Positions 7,627 to 9,840 of a stretch of DNA of 9,840 nucleotides are shown piece by piece. Under the pieces are notes generated by a model. The model made no database searches, was not told the origin of the DNA, and was given only the letters and a program-made list of their open reading frames with translations. Made by a program: the position numbers and the translations under genes. The stretch comes from Octopus sinensis (Eukaryota). Positions within the stretch are counted from its first letter, which is position 1; each line of letters opens with the position of its first letter. The stretch is taken from the NCBI RefSeq assembly GCF_006345805.1, contig NW_021827657.1, forward strand, positions 1-9,840. Reading direction: 5' to 3'.

Positions 7627-8077
7627 GTATCAGCTGCACATCTTCTGATGTGAACAGGAGCATTGGTCTCAGACTACTTCACAGCTCTTATTTATGGGTC
7701 CCAGAAGTCGGTAGTGCACACTGACGACTGCGATACGATATCTCAATTTGGCCAGTAAGCAAAACTACGTAGAGGGTATCAGCAAACTTGAAAGAATGGC
7801 TGTACAGGGAAGGTCACCATTTAAGTGCACGAAGACTAAGAAAAGGGGCTGAAGAAGCTGATTTGGTCAATGGCTCGGAAGGTAAGGTAGCAAAATTTAT
7901 GGTACATCTAGGGCACTCTCGTCACAGAATACATACTTATGTGCAGCTTCTGTAGAAAGAATTGGGATCCCGCTTTGTACCTAATTGCACCTGTAGAAAA
8001 TTAAGGAACTTAGACCATCCAAACAAAGATTCTTGATATTCATCTTGCTTAGAGCAGACGACACCTAATTACAGAAC
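7627..8077. other. Unidentified ~450-bp insertion interrupting the mariner transposase
   Basis: No transposase similarity here; the transposase stops at D-N-Q-R (7609-7620) and resumes at D-I-R-R-R-S-A-*-W (8078-8104). Confidence 0.7.
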
Positions 8078-8591
8078 GACATTCGCCGGCGTTCCGCCTA
8101 GTGGCGGGGGCAAAATAATTCCCCCAACCAAAACTGCTTAAAAAAAGACAGAGTTACTGTTTCGTGGTCGGTAAGCAAATTCCTCCACTAATATTTCTTG
8201 AATTCCCAGCAAAACAATTACAGCAGAGAAGTATTGCCAGGAACTGTGTAAGTCGCACCAAGAACTGTGCTTTGTAGATTTACGTCCAGTATTGGTCAAT
8301 CGAATAGATCAATTCTTTTCCATAACAACACCGGATCAGATAATTGGCAAAAGTTTCTCCTGAAACTCAACCGACCTACAAAACTCTCCCTTAAACAACT
8401 TATATCGCTGATCTCACTGCGGCCCGTTTAACAGTTTTCAAAATCTCTCAATAACTTCTAGTAAAATGGCGTCAATAAACAAGTAGCCGCTCAAAACGTT
8501 TTTCGAAGAATTCATTAGCTCCGAGGCTCTAGAATTCAAAAATTCTTTTTGACCAAAGAATCGCGTAGGTTCTAATGATTATTTCAATTAA
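8078..8591 (+). pseudogene. Mariner transposase pseudogene, C-terminal catalytic part
   Basis: RRRSA*W..FPQPKL..VTVSWS..FLN..KTITAEKYCQEL..RPVLVNR..ILFHNNT (HDNA remnant, D>N at 8324-26)..LKLN..YIADL (YSPDL remnant 8401-15)..LNNF..NVFEEFI..YFN* ; many frameshifts. Confidence 0.9.
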
Positions 8592-8645
8592 TAAAATTTA
8601 TTCTGAGCTTTGAGACAGACTGATATGAAAAATTTCCAAAATTTT

Positions 8646-8675
8646 AAAACAGCAAATATTTTCGCAGATAATTTT
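8646..8675 (-). repeat. Mariner right terminal inverted repeat (outer third decayed)
   Basis: AAACAGCAAATATTTTCGCA (8647-8666) matches the reverse complement of the left TIR at 17/20 positions. Confidence 0.75.
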
Positions 8676-8695
8676 GTATTCGCAAAATCATTCAG

Positions 8696-9312
8696 AGTAG
8701 TAGTTGTTGTTGTAACAGTAATAGCAGAAGTAGTAGTAGTAGTAGTAGAAGTAGTAGTAGTAGAAGAAGAAGAAGAAGCAATAACAAGGCAACAGCAACA
8801 ATAGTAGTGGTAGCAGCAGCAGTAGAAGCAGAAAGAATAACAGGAAGTGGTTGTAGTAGTAGTAGTAGTAATGGTAGTGGAAGTAGTAATAGCAAGGTTG
8901 TAGTAGTAATACTAGCAACAATCATAGTAGTAGTGGTACTAAACAACAACAGCAACGAAAGCAACACCTGCAGCAGCAGTGACTGCGATGGGTTGAGATA
9001 GATAGTAGTAGCAGCAGCAGCAGTATTAGTAGTAGTAGTAGTAGTAGTAGGAGGAGGAGGAGGAGAAGAAGGAGGAGCATGAATAACAATAGAAGTAGTA
9101 GCAAAAGTAACGGTCAACAGTAACGGGGTTGTAATAATGCCTGTAGCTGAAGTAGGAGTAGTAGCAGCAATAGCGGTAGCAACGATACTAGTAATAGTAA
9201 GTAGCATGGAGGAGGGGAAAGGATAGGTAGAGGTATAGTGGCTAGTGGCAGGCTAGTGGCGGTGGCGGTGGCAGTGATAACTAATGGTGGAAGTAGTAGT
9301 GCAGGAAGTAGT
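8696..9312. repeat. Degenerate trinucleotide low-complexity tract (AGT/AGC/AGA/AGG)n
   Basis: Seen directly; strongly purine-rich + strand. Confidence 0.95.
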
Positions 9313-9570
9313 AAAGTTATTAAGTGTAGAAAAATGACTCTACAAACCTGCTTTAGTAGTACTCATACTACACTCTTGAATGTTACAACTTTCTCTTTTA
9401 TTGGGTTTCTTCTTGACGTCACAGTCAAGACTAGCTTTATTGTCTTCGGTTAAACATTTCACCTCTCTGGTTCGATGTCCTAAATCAATGTCTGCTAGAA
9501 CACTGTATCAGACAAAACAGCATAATTAGATGATATATTTCAGCTTAATGACATTGAAAGCACTGTAATT

Positions 9571-9610
9571 TATATATATATATATATATATATAGATATA
9601 TATATATATA
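9571..9610. repeat. (TA)n microsatellite
   Basis: Seen directly. Confidence 0.97.
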
Positions 9611-9782
9611 CTACTAATAATAATAATCTGTGGATGGAATTTATTAACACTTAATGCATTACACGCGCGTTTCCACGAGTCTCATGTCTCTTAAGACCAT
9701 AGTCCGTATTTCTGGGATGGTTACAGTATATTCAGTAGTATCCGTCGGCGTCGAGTTGATCATCTTATGGATTCATGTACAA

Positions 9783-9840
9783 ACACACACACACGCACGT
9801 CCACACACACACAGGCACACGCACACCCAGACACACACAC
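9783..9840. repeat. (CA)n microsatellite, runs off the window end
   Basis: Seen directly. Confidence 0.95.

Larger units (their letters stand above)
7000..8676 (+). mobile_element. Decayed mariner DNA transposon (Hsmar1-like, cecropia-type) with an internal insertion
   Basis: Left and right TIRs, collinear transposase remnants from ATG 7194 to TAA 8589-8591, TA at 8677-8678 next to the right end. Confidence 0.9.

Noticed and set aside
7411-7653. 80-aa ORF as a functional gene
   Set aside because: It is an internal open stretch of the dead mariner transposase, with upstream stops and frameshifts
7849-7884. CTGAAGA followed by an AGC...GCT hairpin
   Set aside because: Followed by CGGAAG rather than GAAA; no stem III or cleavage triplet
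7632-7948. 10-bp inverted repeat AGCTGCACAT (7632-41)/ATGTGCAGCT (7939-48) as MITE TIRs
   Set aside because: Does not extend, has no TSD, and the right arm is ~130 bp inside the insert boundary; plausible by chance
8610-9453. Poly-T/S/L/A ORFs (mucin-like 171 aa etc.)
   Set aside because: All frames of the degenerate trinucleotide tract give such ORFs; no signal peptide, splice or domain support

Overview
AT-rich, microsatellite-dense eukaryotic non-coding DNA (intergenic or intronic). It is very probably Octopus, inferred from my recollection of octopus tRNA-derived SINE consensus sequences, not from a database search. I can support no intact protein-coding gene: most ORF-track entries are translations of simple repeats or TE sequence. 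Contents, left to right: a Helitron-type 3' terminus (hairpin + CTAG) inserted at (TA)n; two unexplained degenerate tandem arrays (a modular one at 2629-2994, a 9-unit ~43-bp one at 3296-3701); five SINE copies or fragments, one with a perfect 12-bp TSD; a minimal hammerhead ribozyme of the Penelope-like-element type (4567-4610); and a decayed Hsmar1-like (cecropia-type) mariner with both TIRs (7000-8676), interrupted by an unidentified ~450-bp insertion. The best leads are the hammerhead with its dispersed flank homologies and the phased 43-bp array. All alignments and match counts were done by eye.
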